Below are positions 16,782 to 26,271 of a DNA stretch of 47,802 bases, piece after piece. Numbering within the stretch: position 1 is the stretch's first letter; each line of letters opens with the position of its first letter. The notes beneath the pieces were generated by a model that did no database searches, was not told the DNA's origin, and worked only from the letters and a program-made list of their open reading frames with translations. The stretch spans positions 1-47,802 of the forward strand of contig CAZILN010000289.1 in NCBI GenBank assembly GCA_964540005.1, written 5' to 3'. The DNA comes from an uncultured Bacteroidaceae bacterium. GTDB lineage: Bacteria; Bacteroidota; Bacteroidia; Bacteroidales; SM23-62. The position numbers and the translations under genes are program-made.

Positions 16782-19397
16782 ATGACTTCTTCAGAAATCA
16801 GGTATGCTTTTTTAAGTTTTTTTAAGGATAAAGATCACAGGCTGGTTCCCTCTGCCCCCATGGTCGTTAAAAACGACCCCAGCCTTATGTTCACCAATGC
16901 CGGTATGAACCAGTTCAAGGATATTTTCCTGGGCAACCGTGAGGGGGAATTCAAACGGGTTGCCGACACCCAGAAGTGCCTGCGCGTATCCGGAAAACAT
17001 AATGACCTTGAAGAGGTCGGGCACGATACCTATCACCATACCATGTTCGAGATGCTGGGCAACTGGTCTTTCGGCGACTATTTCAAGAGCGAGGCGGTTG
17101 ATTTTGCCTGGGAATTTCTGACCGGCAAAATGAAAATCCCTGCCGGCAGGATCTATGCAACTGTCTTCGAAGGGGATGAGGCTGACGGACTTGAATGGGA
17201 CAGCAAGGCATTCGAACACTGGCGAAGGTATATGGATGAGAGCAGGATACTGAAAGGATCAAAAAAGGATAATTTCTGGGAAATGGGTGAAACGGGGCCC
17301 TGCGGTCCATGCTCCGAGATCCATATTGACCTTAGACCTGATGAAGAGCGGACCCGCCAGGACGGGCGTGAACTGGTAAACAGGGACCATCCCCTGGTGC
17401 TGGAGCTCTGGAACCTGGTCTTTATACAATACAACCGCAAAGCAGACGGATCACTGGAAGATCTGCCCAGCAAACACATCGACACCGGACTTGGGTTCGA
17501 AAGGCTCTGCATGGTATTGCAGGGAAAACTATCCAACTATGATACCGACCTTTTTCAGCCCATCATAGCTAAAATCGCAGAATTGTCAGATAAGCCATAC
17601 GGGGAAAATGAGGCAACAGACACGGCCATGAGGGTTGTGTCCGACCACCTGAGGGCAGTGGCCTTTTCCATTGCAGACGGACAGATTCCCTCCAACACGG
17701 GGGCAGGGTATGTCATCCGCAGGATACTTCGCCGTGCAGTCCGCTACGGCTATACCTTCCTTGGTCTGTCAGATGCCTTTATCTGCCGGCTGGTAACGGT
17801 ACTGGCTGAGACCATGGGAGAAAGCTTTCCTGAACTTCAGCAACAGCAGGACACCATCATCAAGGTCATCAGGGAAGAGGAGAATTCTTTCCTGAGAACC
17901 CTGGAAACAGGGATAGGGATGCTGGACAAACTGATGGCGGATGCACGAGCAGAAAAAAAGGACAGCATTGCCGGACGAGAAGCCTTCATACTCTACGACA
18001 CCTACGGCTTCCCTTTTGACCTGACCCGGCTGATACTGAGAGAAAACGAGATGAGGGTGAGCCAGGAAGAATTTGAGGCAGAGATGGCCAAACAGAAGGA
18101 ACGCTCCAGGGATGCTGCCGCTGTTACCTCGGGGGACTGGATCGTAATCGCCGATGCAGGTGATACGAAGTTCACCGGGTATGACAGCATGGAAACCCGG
18201 GTAAAGATCCTCAGGTACCGGACAGTTAAACAGAAGAGCAAAGAATTGTACCAGCTGGTACTTGACAGGACCCCCTTTTATGCTGAGAGCGGCGGACAGG
18301 TGGGAGATACCGGCATACTGGAAAACGGGAATGAGAAAATCCGGATCATAGACACACAGAAGGAGAACGAGCTCATCCTCCATCTGGCAGACCGCCTTCC
18401 AGATAAACCCGGGGAAGTATTTATTGCCAGGGTCAGTGAAACAGCCAGGCTGGATACCGCCGCCAACCATAGCTCAACACACCTGCTGCATCATGCCCTG
18501 AGGAAGGTACTGGGTGAGCATGTGGAACAGAAAGGCTCATTGGTCCATCCCGAATACCTCCGCTTTGATTTCAGCCATTTCCGGAAAGTCTCACCGGAAG
18601 AACTAAGGAAGATAGAATCCATGGTGAACGCCCTGATACGGGCCAATATCCCTGTTGATGAGAAAAGGAACGTATCCATGGAAGAAGCCACAAAAATGGG
18701 AGCCCTGGCATTCTTTGGTGAAAAATACGGGGAGCAGGTCAGGGTAATCAGCTTCGGGGATTCGGTCGAACTCTGCGGCGGGACCCATGTAAGGGCTACA
18801 GGGGACATCGGGTTTTTTAAGATCATAAGGGAATCGGCCATTGCAGCAGGGATCAGGCGTATAGAGGCCCGCTCTGGCAGGGGCGCCGAAGAATTCGTCT
18901 ACCTCCAGGAAGACATACTTAAAAAAATTGAATCATTTGTAAAGAGTCCTGACCTGTCCGGGACCATAGAAAAACTCCTTTCTGAGAACAGCCAGTTGAA
19001 GAAACAGCTCTCAGTCTTTGAAAACCAGATCAGGGAGGCGGCAAAAAAGGACCTGCTGTCTAAAATGAGGCAGGCAGGCGGGGTGAATGTGATCGCAGAA
19101 CAGGTGATGATCCAATCAGCTGAAAATATTAAGAATCTCTCTTTCGAGCTTAAAAACCAGGTCCCTGACCTCTTCCTCATCCTTGGTTCTGAAATTAAGG
19201 GTAAAGCCCATCTTTCACTGATGATATCAGAGAAACTGGTTGAAGAGAAAGGAATGGATGCCATTAAGATCATCAGGGAAATATCTTCCCTGATCAAGGG
19301 CGGCGGCGGCGGACAGGCTTTCTATGCCACAGCTGGCGGTAAGGACCCTGCCGGCATCCAGGGGGCCATTGATGCGGCCCTGAAATTTGTGGAATGA
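16782..19397 (+). CDS. alaS: Alanine--tRNA ligase
   Basis: LMFTNAGMNQFK, HHTMFEMLGNWSFGDYFK, FYAESGGQVGD, editing motifs HSSTHLLH and ELCGGTH, C-terminal GGGGG. Confidence 0.99.
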   Translation: MTSSEIRYAFLSFFKDKDHRLVPSAPMVVKNDPSLMFTNAGMNQFKDIFLGNREGEFKRVADTQKCLRVSGKHNDLEEVGHDTYHHTMFEMLGNWSFGDYFKSEAVDFAWEFLTGKMKIPAGRIYATVFEGDEADGLEWDSKAFEHWRRYMDESRILKGSKKDNFWEMGETGPCGPCSEIHIDLRPDEERTRQDGRELVNRDHPLVLELWNLVFIQYNRKADGSLEDLPSKHIDTGLGFERLCMVLQGKLSNYDTDLFQPIIAKIAELSDKPYGENEATDTAMRVVSDHLRAVAFSIADGQIPSNTGAGYVIRRILRRAVRYGYTFLGLSDAFICRLVTVLAETMGESFPELQQQQDTIIKVIREEENSFLRTLETGIGMLDKLMADARAEKKDSIAGREAFILYDTYGFPFDLTRLILRENEMRVSQEEFEAEMAKQKERSRDAAAVTSGDWIVIADAGDTKFTGYDSMETRVKILRYRTVKQKSKELYQLVLDRTPFYAESGGQVGDTGILENGNEKIRIIDTQKENELILHLADRLPDKPGEVFIARVSETARLDTAANHSSTHLLHHALRKVLGEHVEQKGSLVHPEYLRFDFSHFRKVSPEELRKIESMVNALIRANIPVDEKRNVSMEEATKMGALAFFGEKYGEQVRVISFGDSVELCGGTHVRATGDIGFFKIIRESAIAAGIRRIEARSGRGAEEFVYLQEDILKKIESFVKSPDLSGTIEKLLSENSQLKKQLSVFENQIREAAKKDLLSKMRQAGGVNVIAEQVMIQSAENIKNLSFELKNQVPDLFLILGSEIKGKAHLSLMISEKLVEEKGMDAIKIIREISSLIKGGGGGQAFYATAGGKDPAGIQGAIDAALKFVE

Positions 19398-19410
19398 TTG
19401 AGCTATCCTG

Positions 19411-19440
19411 TCAGTCCAGCTCAGTCCAGATCAGCCCCGG
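19411..19440. repeat. Three 10-bp tandem units between the convergent alaS and ChaN-family genes
   Basis: TCAGTCCAGC TCAGTCCAGA TCAGCCCCGG. Confidence 0.6.
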
Positions 19441-19442
19441 TA

Positions 19443-20312
19443 TCAGTAAGTATTTGTCATACTCGAAGGAACCGTAATGACAAAATCCGCCACATTCGTA
19501 TTATCTTCCTGAAGAGAATCTATGACATCCTGCCTGACGGCTGTGATAGTGTAGATGCTAAGCCCCTTCCTGTATTCCTCCAGGTACCAGGCTATCCCCT
19601 CATGATTATCTGAATGATAGGACCCGTTATAATGTATGAACAGGTCGCCTCTGTCCAGGTGCTCCAGGATGAAATGGGCCATGGTGGCATCCTTGATGGC
19701 CTGTGATTTGGGAAAATTCTCATTGACCCCGTGTCCTCCCATACCTCCCATCTCCAGCATCTTTTTATAGGCCGGGATCTCCGGATCATATGGAATGGGA
19801 AGGGGAGCGATATACCCCTGTGCCTCTTCAGTAAGGTCTTCAAGACTTTCGAATCCTCCTTTAAAGACCATATTGGCATAGCGCCGGGGTATGTTAGTGG
19901 CCACAAACGCCAGTTCATTTTCATTGGCAAAAGTAACCAGGGGCTTATAATCAGTTTCGTAATTGGACCATATCCTGGCTTCGTCTTCAAACTTGTCCTC
20001 GGAAATTATCCCTCCAAGGTATTCATCGAGTATCAGCTGGTTATCGGCTTCGAACATTTCGGCCCCCATAACCAGTTTTCTGTCAGTTGCCGCGTGAATA
20101 TCCCGCGTGAGCTCATACTGGAGCCAGTGGGTGATCGGACAGTTATGAAGTTCCCCGAACAGGATGATGTCTGCATCGCCCAGTTGCTTAAGCATCTTCT
20201 CGTACTTAATCGCTTTGCCCTGGGAATCATAAATCAGGTAGGCCGGTTTATCTTTTGTAAAAGCCATAGTTATTATGGCTAAAAGACTAATGATCAAGAT
20301 TTTAATTTTCAT
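19443..20312 (-). CDS. ChaN family (haem-binding uptake / Tiki superfamily) secreted protein
   Basis: ILFGELHN, GAEMFEADNQ, WSNYETDYKPLV, QAIKDATMAH, HYNGSYHS. Confidence 0.85.
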   Translation of the reverse strand: MKIKILIISLLAIITMAFTKDKPAYLIYDSQGKAIKYEKMLKQLGDADIILFGELHNCPITHWLQYELTRDIHAATDRKLVMGAEMFEADNQLILDEYLGGIISEDKFEDEARIWSNYETDYKPLVTFANENELAFVATNIPRRYANMVFKGGFESLEDLTEEAQGYIAPLPIPYDPEIPAYKKMLEMGGMGGHGVNENFPKSQAIKDATMAHFILEHLDRGDLFIHYNGSYHSDNHEGIAWYLEEYRKGLSIYTITAVRQDVIDSLQEDNTNVADFVITVPSSMTNTY

Positions 20313-20354
20313 GACAGATATTGATTTTTTGATTTGTTCTTAATTATAAGGGCA

Positions 20355-20389
20355 CAAAAATACGAAATAACACAAAATTCTTATATTTG
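20355..20389. promoter_or_regulatory. Divergent -7 boxes: TATTTTTG on - (20362-20355, ChaN) and TATATTTG on + (20382-20389, acyl-CoA ligase)
   Basis: Two exact TAnnTTTG matches. The + box supports the 20415 start for the ligase. Confidence 0.55.
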
Positions 20390-20414
20390 GATCGGACCAA
20401 CCCCTATAATTACC

Positions 20415-22196
20415 ATGGACGTTACAAGAACCTTTGACCTCCTGGATCTTTTACAGGAAAAATACCAGAAAGACGACATCCTGGCCGGAAAAGAAAACGG
20501 CATCTGGGTCAGGTATTCAACTCAGCAATACATTGAACAAACCAACTATTTCAGTTACGGTCTGCTTGCTATGGGAATGAAGCAGGGTGAAATCATCGCC
20601 ACCATGTCCAACAACCGTCCTGAATGGAATTTTGCCGACCTGGGAATGGCCCAGACCGGGATCATCCATGTTCCCGTCTACCCCACTCTTGGAGAAGATG
20701 AGTATAAATACATCCTGGAACACTGCGAACCGGCCTATATCATTGTTTCGGATAAGGCCCTGTTTGGCAGGATCAAACCTATTGCCGATAAGGTAGCTTC
20801 GGTCAGGGACATTTTTACCTTCAACCAAGTGGAAGGAGCAAAGCACTGGACTGAAATTACGGACCTGGGCAAAGAAAATGCAGACAGGTTCATCGGGACA
20901 GTTAAAGAGATCAAGGATGGCATTAAGCCTGAAGACATGGTAACCCTTATTTACACCTCGGGCACCACGGGGTTCCCGAAAGGAGTGCAATTGAGCCACC
21001 ATAACCTGGTCAGTAATACAATAGCCACCTCAAAATGCCATACCCTGGGATTCGAGCATTCATCCCTGTCCTTCCTCCCGCTCTGCCATGTCTATGAACG
21101 GATGTTCAACTATCACCGGCAGTATAAAGGGATCAGCACCTACTATGCCGAGAATATGGGTACCATAGGCGATAATCTCAAGGAGATCAAACCCGACCTG
21201 TTCACGACGGTTCCGCGGTTGCTTGAAAGGACATACGACAAGATCATAGGCGCGGGGAAGGACCTGCCCTATATTAAGAAAGTAATTTTCTTCTGGGCAG
21301 TGAATCTTGGACACAAGTTCAGGATTGATTTCAGGAACGGCTGGTGGTACAGGGCAAGGCTGAAAGTTGCCGATAAACTGATCTTCTCAAAATGGAGGGA
21401 GGCACTGGGCGGGAACGTAAAAATAATTGCCTCGGGAAGCGCAGCCCTTCAGCCGCGGCTGGCAAGGGTCTTCTCGGCGGCCGGGATATGCATTCTCGAA
21501 GGATACGGACTGACCGAAACTTCCCCTGTTATCTCGGTTGGTAATGCCACTAAAGGGGAGATCCTGCTCGGTGCGGTCGGACCTGTGATTGAGGATGTGG
21601 AGGTAAAGATCGCCGAGGACGGGGAGATCCTCTGTAAAGGTCCCAATGTGATGATGGGCTATTACAAGGAACCCGCACTGACCGCCGAAGCCTTAGTCGA
21701 CGGCTGGTTCCATACGGGTGATATCGGGACCATCATAGACAATAAATACCTTAAGATCACCGACAGGAAAAAAGAAATATTCAAACTGTCCAGCGGCAAA
21801 TATATAGCCCCGCAGGTATTGGAAAACAAACTGAAAGAATCCCTCTTCGTTGAGCAGGCTATGGTAGTGGGTGAAAATGAAAAATTTGCCAGTGCACTGA
21901 TCTCCCCCAATTTCCCTTTCCTTCATGAATGGGCATCCAGGCATGATATAAAGTACAGGGATAATGAAGAGCTGATCAATATGAAGGAAGTCACCGATCG
22001 CTTCCAGAAAGAAGTCGGTGAGATGAACAAAACACTGGGAGAACACGAAAAGATCAAACGCCTCAGGCTGGTTAAGGAAGAATGGTCCCCGCAGTCAGGC
22101 GAACTTTCAGCCGTACTCAAGCTGAAACGCCGGGTACTTAACGAAATGTATAAGGATATTCTCGTCGATATATACTCAGCCGGTAAAAACAGCTAG
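20415..22196 (+). CDS. Long-chain-fatty-acid--CoA ligase
   Basis: AMP-binding motif IYTSGTTGFPKGV, SFLPLCHVYER, EGYGLTETSP, WFHTGDIG, ITDRKKEIFKLSSGKYIAP. Start reassigned to ATG 20415. Confidence 0.94.
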   Translation: MDVTRTFDLLDLLQEKYQKDDILAGKENGIWVRYSTQQYIEQTNYFSYGLLAMGMKQGEIIATMSNNRPEWNFADLGMAQTGIIHVPVYPTLGEDEYKYILEHCEPAYIIVSDKALFGRIKPIADKVASVRDIFTFNQVEGAKHWTEITDLGKENADRFIGTVKEIKDGIKPEDMVTLIYTSGTTGFPKGVQLSHHNLVSNTIATSKCHTLGFEHSSLSFLPLCHVYERMFNYHRQYKGISTYYAENMGTIGDNLKEIKPDLFTTVPRLLERTYDKIIGAGKDLPYIKKVIFFWAVNLGHKFRIDFRNGWWYRARLKVADKLIFSKWREALGGNVKIIASGSAALQPRLARVFSAAGICILEGYGLTETSPVISVGNATKGEILLGAVGPVIEDVEVKIAEDGEILCKGPNVMMGYYKEPALTAEALVDGWFHTGDIGTIIDNKYLKITDRKKEIFKLSSGKYIAPQVLENKLKESLFVEQAMVVGENEKFASALISPNFPFLHEWASRHDIKYRDNEELINMKEVTDRFQKEVGEMNKTLGEHEKIKRLRLVKEEWSPQSGELSAVLKLKRRVLNEMYKDILVDIYSAGKNS

Positions 22197-22255
22197 AGAA
22201 AACCGGATGCACCTGTCAGTACTTCATGTTCGATTTCTCTTTTGATGTACATTTT

Positions 22256-22288
22256 ATGCAATTATGAAATCCTACTTCAAATTTGCAT
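22256..22288. repeat. Imperfect palindrome at the left edge of the pseudogene scar
   Basis: ATGCAATTATGAAATCCTACTTCAAATTTGCAT; 11 of 13 outer positions pair. Confidence 0.5.
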
Positions 22289-22423
22289 GTTTTTGTTGAA
22301 TCACCAAAGACAATGCAAACATCTTTCCGGCCACCTTGAAGACCAGTGCAGTGTCGTTAAAAGGGAAACCTTCGGTCACAGCAGGCTTGGAAAGGCAGTA
22401 CAGGGTATTTCTTCGAGATTCAT
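22272..22423 (-). pseudogene. MmcQ/YjbR family protein remnant (frameshifted and truncated)
   Basis: Minus strand ATG AAT CTC GAA GAA ATA (MNLEEI), then a 1-nt frameshift, then YCLSKPAVTEGFPFNDTALVFKVAGKMFAL, which is the YjbR N-terminus. Stops 12 codons later. Not in the ORF track. Confidence 0.8.
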
Positions 22424-22438
22424 CTATAGAATTTAATA

Positions 22439-23201
22439 TCATGAAGCATTAAAATGCTCTTTCAAAAATTCAGTCAGACTGCATACTTTTATATTTTCAC
22501 TTTTCATATAGGTATCGGAATAGGGAGTAATAATATAATTATCGGAGGTGCCGAGATCTTCAATGGCAATATTAAACCCTTTGGAGATTCTTGGAGCAGA
22601 GGTATATTTGATCTCTATTGTTGAAATTGGCTGTAATCCTTTCACCAGTAACAGATCGCACTCAGCACCGTTATGTGTGCGGTAAAAATAGAGGTCTATT
22701 CCAGGAGGCGCTGTTTGTCTGATTTGTTCAATTACATATCCTTCCCAGGAATTTCCAATCAGTACATTTCCTTGTAATTGTTCAAAGTCTGAAATTGAGG
22801 TGAGATAATGTAAAACACCGCTGTCCCGAATATAAACTTTCGGAGATTTTACCAATCGCTTCTTAATATTAAAACTAAAAGCCTGCAGGCGGGATACCAG
22901 AAAAGCTTCTTCAAGGAAATCGAGATACCTGTTCAGGGTTGGATAGCTTAATCCCATCGATTTTGCGAAGTTGCTGGCATTCCATAGTCCACCCTGATAA
23001 TTGGCCAGCATTTTCAAGTTTTGCAATGTCCTCCTGCAGTTCTAAATCAAGATATATTGCTTTCTTATCTAATTTATTCATCAGCGATTTGGACAGGGTG
23101 GTTTTCCCAACTTGCCTGGGTCCTATGATGCCAATAACAGGAAACTGCTTTATGTCAGCCAAAATGTGATTTTCGGCAATACGCTTTATCATTCTATCCA
23201 T
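22439..23201 (-). pseudogene. AAA_14 ATPase / DUF4143 protein with an internal deletion and frameshift
   Basis: N-terminal part (23201 to ~23008) has Walker A GPRQVGKTT but no Walker B. C-terminal part in another frame (MLANYQG...KRLVKSPKVYIRDSG...WEGYV...YFYRTHNGAECDLL..IEIK) is DUF4143. About 255 codons in total, against ~390-400 typical for the family. Confidence 0.85.
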
Positions 23202-23226
23202 GAATTTTATACATCAAATATATATA

Positions 23227-23396
23227 TTTCATAAGGGGAAGCGTAATAACCTGTATTTCTGGAGAGACAACAAAGGCAGTGAAATAGATATTATCATAGA
23301 CCTGGGTGATTCGCTCGTTCCTATTGAAATAAAATCATCGCGAACCTTCTCACAAAGCTTTTTGCCAATCTAAAATATTGGAGAAAAATATCAGGA
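23227..23396 (+). pseudogene. Second DUF4143 C-terminal fragment on the opposite strand
   Basis: FHKGKRNNLYFWRDNKGSEIDIIIDLGDSLVPIEIKSSRTFSQS, then a frameshift at a T5 run continuing ANLKYWRKISG. No upstream ATPase part. Below the ORF-track length cut-off. Confidence 0.75.
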
Positions 23397-24743
23397 AACG
23401 AAGACCAGGGTTATCTCTGTGCCTTCCCCAAGCCGTGAGTTGATGCTGATCTCACCCTTATGCAATTGCATGATCTGCCGGCTGAGGCTCAGGCCGATCC
23501 CTGAGCCGCTCTCCTTTGTTGAAAAAAAGGGGACAAATACCTGATCAAGCTGGTCCTCCGGAATACCCTCTCCGGTATCCTCTATCTTAACGATGGTACG
23601 GGAATGATAATTGGTTGATGCTGAGATCTCAATTTTCCTGTTGTTCCTGTCCTCCATTGACTGAACCGCATTGATCAGGATATTGGAGAACACCCGTTGA
23701 AGAAGTCCCGGATCAGCCAAAACAGATAATCCCACGGGATCAACACGGAGGTTGATTTCGACCGGGTTCCTATCGGTAAGACCTTTCAGGGCTATAATTT
23801 CGTTACGAATAAAATCATGCAGGAATACTTCCCGGAACTCGGGTTTCGGCAGCCGGGTCAGTTTCCTGTAGGCACTCACAAAATCCATCAGTCCCCTTGC
23901 ATGTTCATCAATGCTTTTAAGGGCGTCGGCAGTATCCGCAATGATCTCCCCGGTGATCCCTGAAGTATTCAGTTTCCCGTCTTTCAGATGAAGCTCGTAA
24001 ATGGTCCTGCTCAGGGTCGAAATGGGAGTGACGGCATTTACGATCTCATGGTTCAGTACCCTGATCAATCTTATCCATGAATCCAGTTCCTTCTGGTTAA
24101 GCTCATTCTTAATATTTTCCACAGAAAGGATACTGACCGGGCTGCCCTTCACCTGAAGTACAGCCTTATTGAAGAGCAGCTGCTGCAGTTCCTTGTCCAC
24201 ATGCACCGCGAGGACTTCCGGTTTGCCAGGTTCAAGTCCGCCAAGCATCTCCGGGATCCGGGGATCGATTTTCTCGAAATCATCGATCTCTGCCAGTGTG
24301 TAGGCAGCGAACATATTCTCAAGGGCAGGATTGATCTCCAGTATCCTTCCTTCCTTGTTGACAGCCATAAGCCCGGATTTTGCATGGCTGATCAGAGAAC
24401 GGTAGAATTGCTCGTTGGTCTCGCTTTCAGCCCTTGCTTCGGCAAATATCCGGTTGATCCGATTCAGGCTTTTATGCAGTTCCCTGACTGTTCTTTCTTT
24501 AACATTCTCCGGGAAGACCTGGCTGGTATCCTCGTTCCGGATGGAATCAAAAAAGTAGGCTATCTTCCGGTTGGTGCGGTTGAAAAAATAGATCAGCAGT
24601 GCGATCAGTATCCCGGCAGGTAAAAGCAATACACCTGCTGACAAATAATCCCGATGGAAGAACAGAATGCTGCAAGATGATACCGTTACGACCAGTAAGA
24701 AGATGAGCAGCATGATTTTAATGAGGAGGTTCCGGGTATACAT
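23391..24743 (-). CDS. Sensor histidine kinase (NtrY-like; 2 TM, PAS, HisKA, HATPase)
   Basis: H-box RVLNHEIVN, N-box NILINA, DTGEGI, FVPFFSTKESGSGIGLSL. Confidence 0.93.
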   Translation of the reverse strand: MYTRNLLIKIMLLIFLLVVTVSSCSILFFHRDYLSAGVLLLPAGILIALLIYFFNRTNRKIAYFFDSIRNEDTSQVFPENVKERTVRELHKSLNRINRIFAEARAESETNEQFYRSLISHAKSGLMAVNKEGRILEINPALENMFAAYTLAEIDDFEKIDPRIPEMLGGLEPGKPEVLAVHVDKELQQLLFNKAVLQVKGSPVSILSVENIKNELNQKELDSWIRLIRVLNHEIVNAVTPISTLSRTIYELHLKDGKLNTSGITGEIIADTADALKSIDEHARGLMDFVSAYRKLTRLPKPEFREVFLHDFIRNEIIALKGLTDRNPVEINLRVDPVGLSVLADPGLLQRVFSNILINAVQSMEDRNNRKIEISASTNYHSRTIVKIEDTGEGIPEDQLDQVFVPFFSTKESGSGIGLSLSRQIMQLHKGEISINSRLGEGTEITLVFVS

Positions 24744-24748
24744 CCTTT

Positions 24749-26113
24749 TTAGAAAGATTTAGTGTATTTCTTGATCTTATTGTACAGGGTCTGGCGGGAA
24801 ATCCCGAGCTGGGCAGCTGCCTTTGTCAGGTTTCCCTGGTTTTTTTCCAGGCTGGATTCGATCATGGACCGTTCCATATCTTCCAGGGTTGCGGGCTGGA
24901 TTTTTTTCCTGTTTTTCTGTGGCAGAAGAAAATCATCGCTTTCCAGCATACCGGAATTGCATAGAATAACGGCCCTCTCCATTACATGCTGCAATTCCCT
25001 TACATTCCCAGGCCAGGAATATGCTTTGAGTTTTCGGAGTGCCGGGGGACTGATTCTCAGTTCTCCGCGCTCATACTTCCGGGAGTACTTATTAAGGAAA
25101 AAGTATGCCAGTTCCCCGACATCCCCTTCCCTCTCCCTTAGGGGCGGCATCTCTATGAGTATCGTATTGATCCTGTAAAGCAGGTCCTCCCTGAACAAGC
25201 CTTCCTGCACGGCTAGTAACAGGTCCACATTGGTGGCGCAGATAAGCCTTATGTCTACCGGTATCGAATGGGTTCCGCCGATCCGTGTAAGCTGTCGGCT
25301 TTGCAGTGCATGCAGAAGCTTTGCCTGCAAAGCCAATTCAAGGTTGCCGATCTCGTCCAGGAAAAGAGTTCCCTTGTGTGCCAGTTCAAATCTTCCTTTA
25401 CGCTGATCTTTTGCATCCGTGAATGCTCCCTGCTCATGGCCAAACAGTTCACTCTCAAAGAGCGTCACAGGGATGGACCCTATATCGACGGGAACAAGGA
25501 CCTCCTGGGCCCTTGAAGACAGACGGTGAATCTCTTTTGCCAACAGCTCCTTGCCTGTACCGTTTTCGCCAGTGATGAGTACATTGGCATCGGTGGCAGC
25601 TACTTTTGCTGCCATTTCCATGACCCTGGAAATGGCAGCGGAACTGCCCACAAGATTTTGTCCAGGTTTATTGATCTCCGATATCAGGAAACGCTCCTTC
25701 CCTTTCAACCGGTTAACCTCCTGCCTTGACAGGCTGAAACGGTAAGCGGCCTCCACGGTAGCCAGCAATTTTTCATTTTCCCAGGGTTTCAGGATAAAGT
25801 CAAAGGCACCGGCTTTTACGGTTTTTATGGCCAGGTTTATATCTCCATATGCCGTAATCATAACCACACTGGCCTCCGGTTGCAGCCTGCTGATCTCCTC
25901 CAGCCAGAACAGTCCCTCGTTTCCGGAATTCACCCCTGCCCTGAAATTCATATCAAGCAGGATGACGTCAAAAACCTCCTTTCTCAGAAGAGAAGGTATT
26001 CCTTCCGGATTGCTGCAGGTCATAACACAATCAAAGTGATACTTGAACAGCAGACGCAGTGCATCCAGTATCTTCTTATTATCATCGACGATAAGGATCT
26101 TTCCATCGTTCAT
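24749..26113 (-). CDS. Sigma54-dependent response regulator (NtrC family)
   Basis: Receiver domain (ILIVDD, LLDMNF), Walker A GENGTGKE, ESELFGH, GAFTDA loop, LFLDEIG, WPGNVREL and Fis-type HTH. Confidence 0.95.
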   Translation of the reverse strand: MNDGKILIVDDNKKILDALRLLFKYHFDCVMTCSNPEGIPSLLRKEVFDVILLDMNFRAGVNSGNEGLFWLEEISRLQPEASVVMITAYGDINLAIKTVKAGAFDFILKPWENEKLLATVEAAYRFSLSRQEVNRLKGKERFLISEINKPGQNLVGSSAAISRVMEMAAKVAATDANVLITGENGTGKELLAKEIHRLSSRAQEVLVPVDIGSIPVTLFESELFGHEQGAFTDAKDQRKGRFELAHKGTLFLDEIGNLELALQAKLLHALQSRQLTRIGGTHSIPVDIRLICATNVDLLLAVQEGLFREDLLYRINTILIEMPPLREREGDVGELAYFFLNKYSRKYERGELRISPPALRKLKAYSWPGNVRELQHVMERAVILCNSGMLESDDFLLPQKNRKKIQPATLEDMERSMIESSLEKNQGNLTKAAAQLGISRQTLYNKIKKYTKSF

Positions 26114-26121
26114 GATATAAA

Positions 26122-26170
26122 TTTACAATTTTGACAAACGATTGGACAGTGATTGTCCATTTTTTTGACA
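26122..26170. promoter_or_regulatory. Candidate enhancer-binding sites for the adjacent regulator
   Basis: Clustered GACA/TGTC half-sites: TTTTGACA, perfect IR TGGACA-N5-TGTCCA (26143-26159) and TGTC-N9-GACA (26154-26170). Confidence 0.55.
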
Positions 26171-26224
26171 TATATTAAAGCAGAGCGAATTATTAACCAC
26201 TAATAAACAGCCTGTTACAAAATA

Positions 26225-26240
26225 TGGCATGGCTCTTGAA
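26225..26240 (+). promoter_or_regulatory. Candidate sigma54 -24/-12 promoter for the ABC transporter genes
   Basis: TGGCATGGCTCTTGAA = TGGCA-N6-TTGA (GG-N10-GA), about 32 nt upstream of ATG 26272 and next to a sigma54 activator gene. Confidence 0.65.
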
Positions 26241-26271
26241 TTTTATCTGCCAGAACCCAATACCACGTACA

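Noticed and set aside
17769-18470. 233-aa antisense ORF within alaS, and the many other short overlapping ORFs in the track
   Set aside because: They lie within well-supported genes, have no recognisable motifs, and are expected shadow ORFs.
22242-22436. 64-aa + strand ORF in the scar region
   Set aside because: The opposite strand carries the recognisable YjbR remnant; this ORF has no features of its own.
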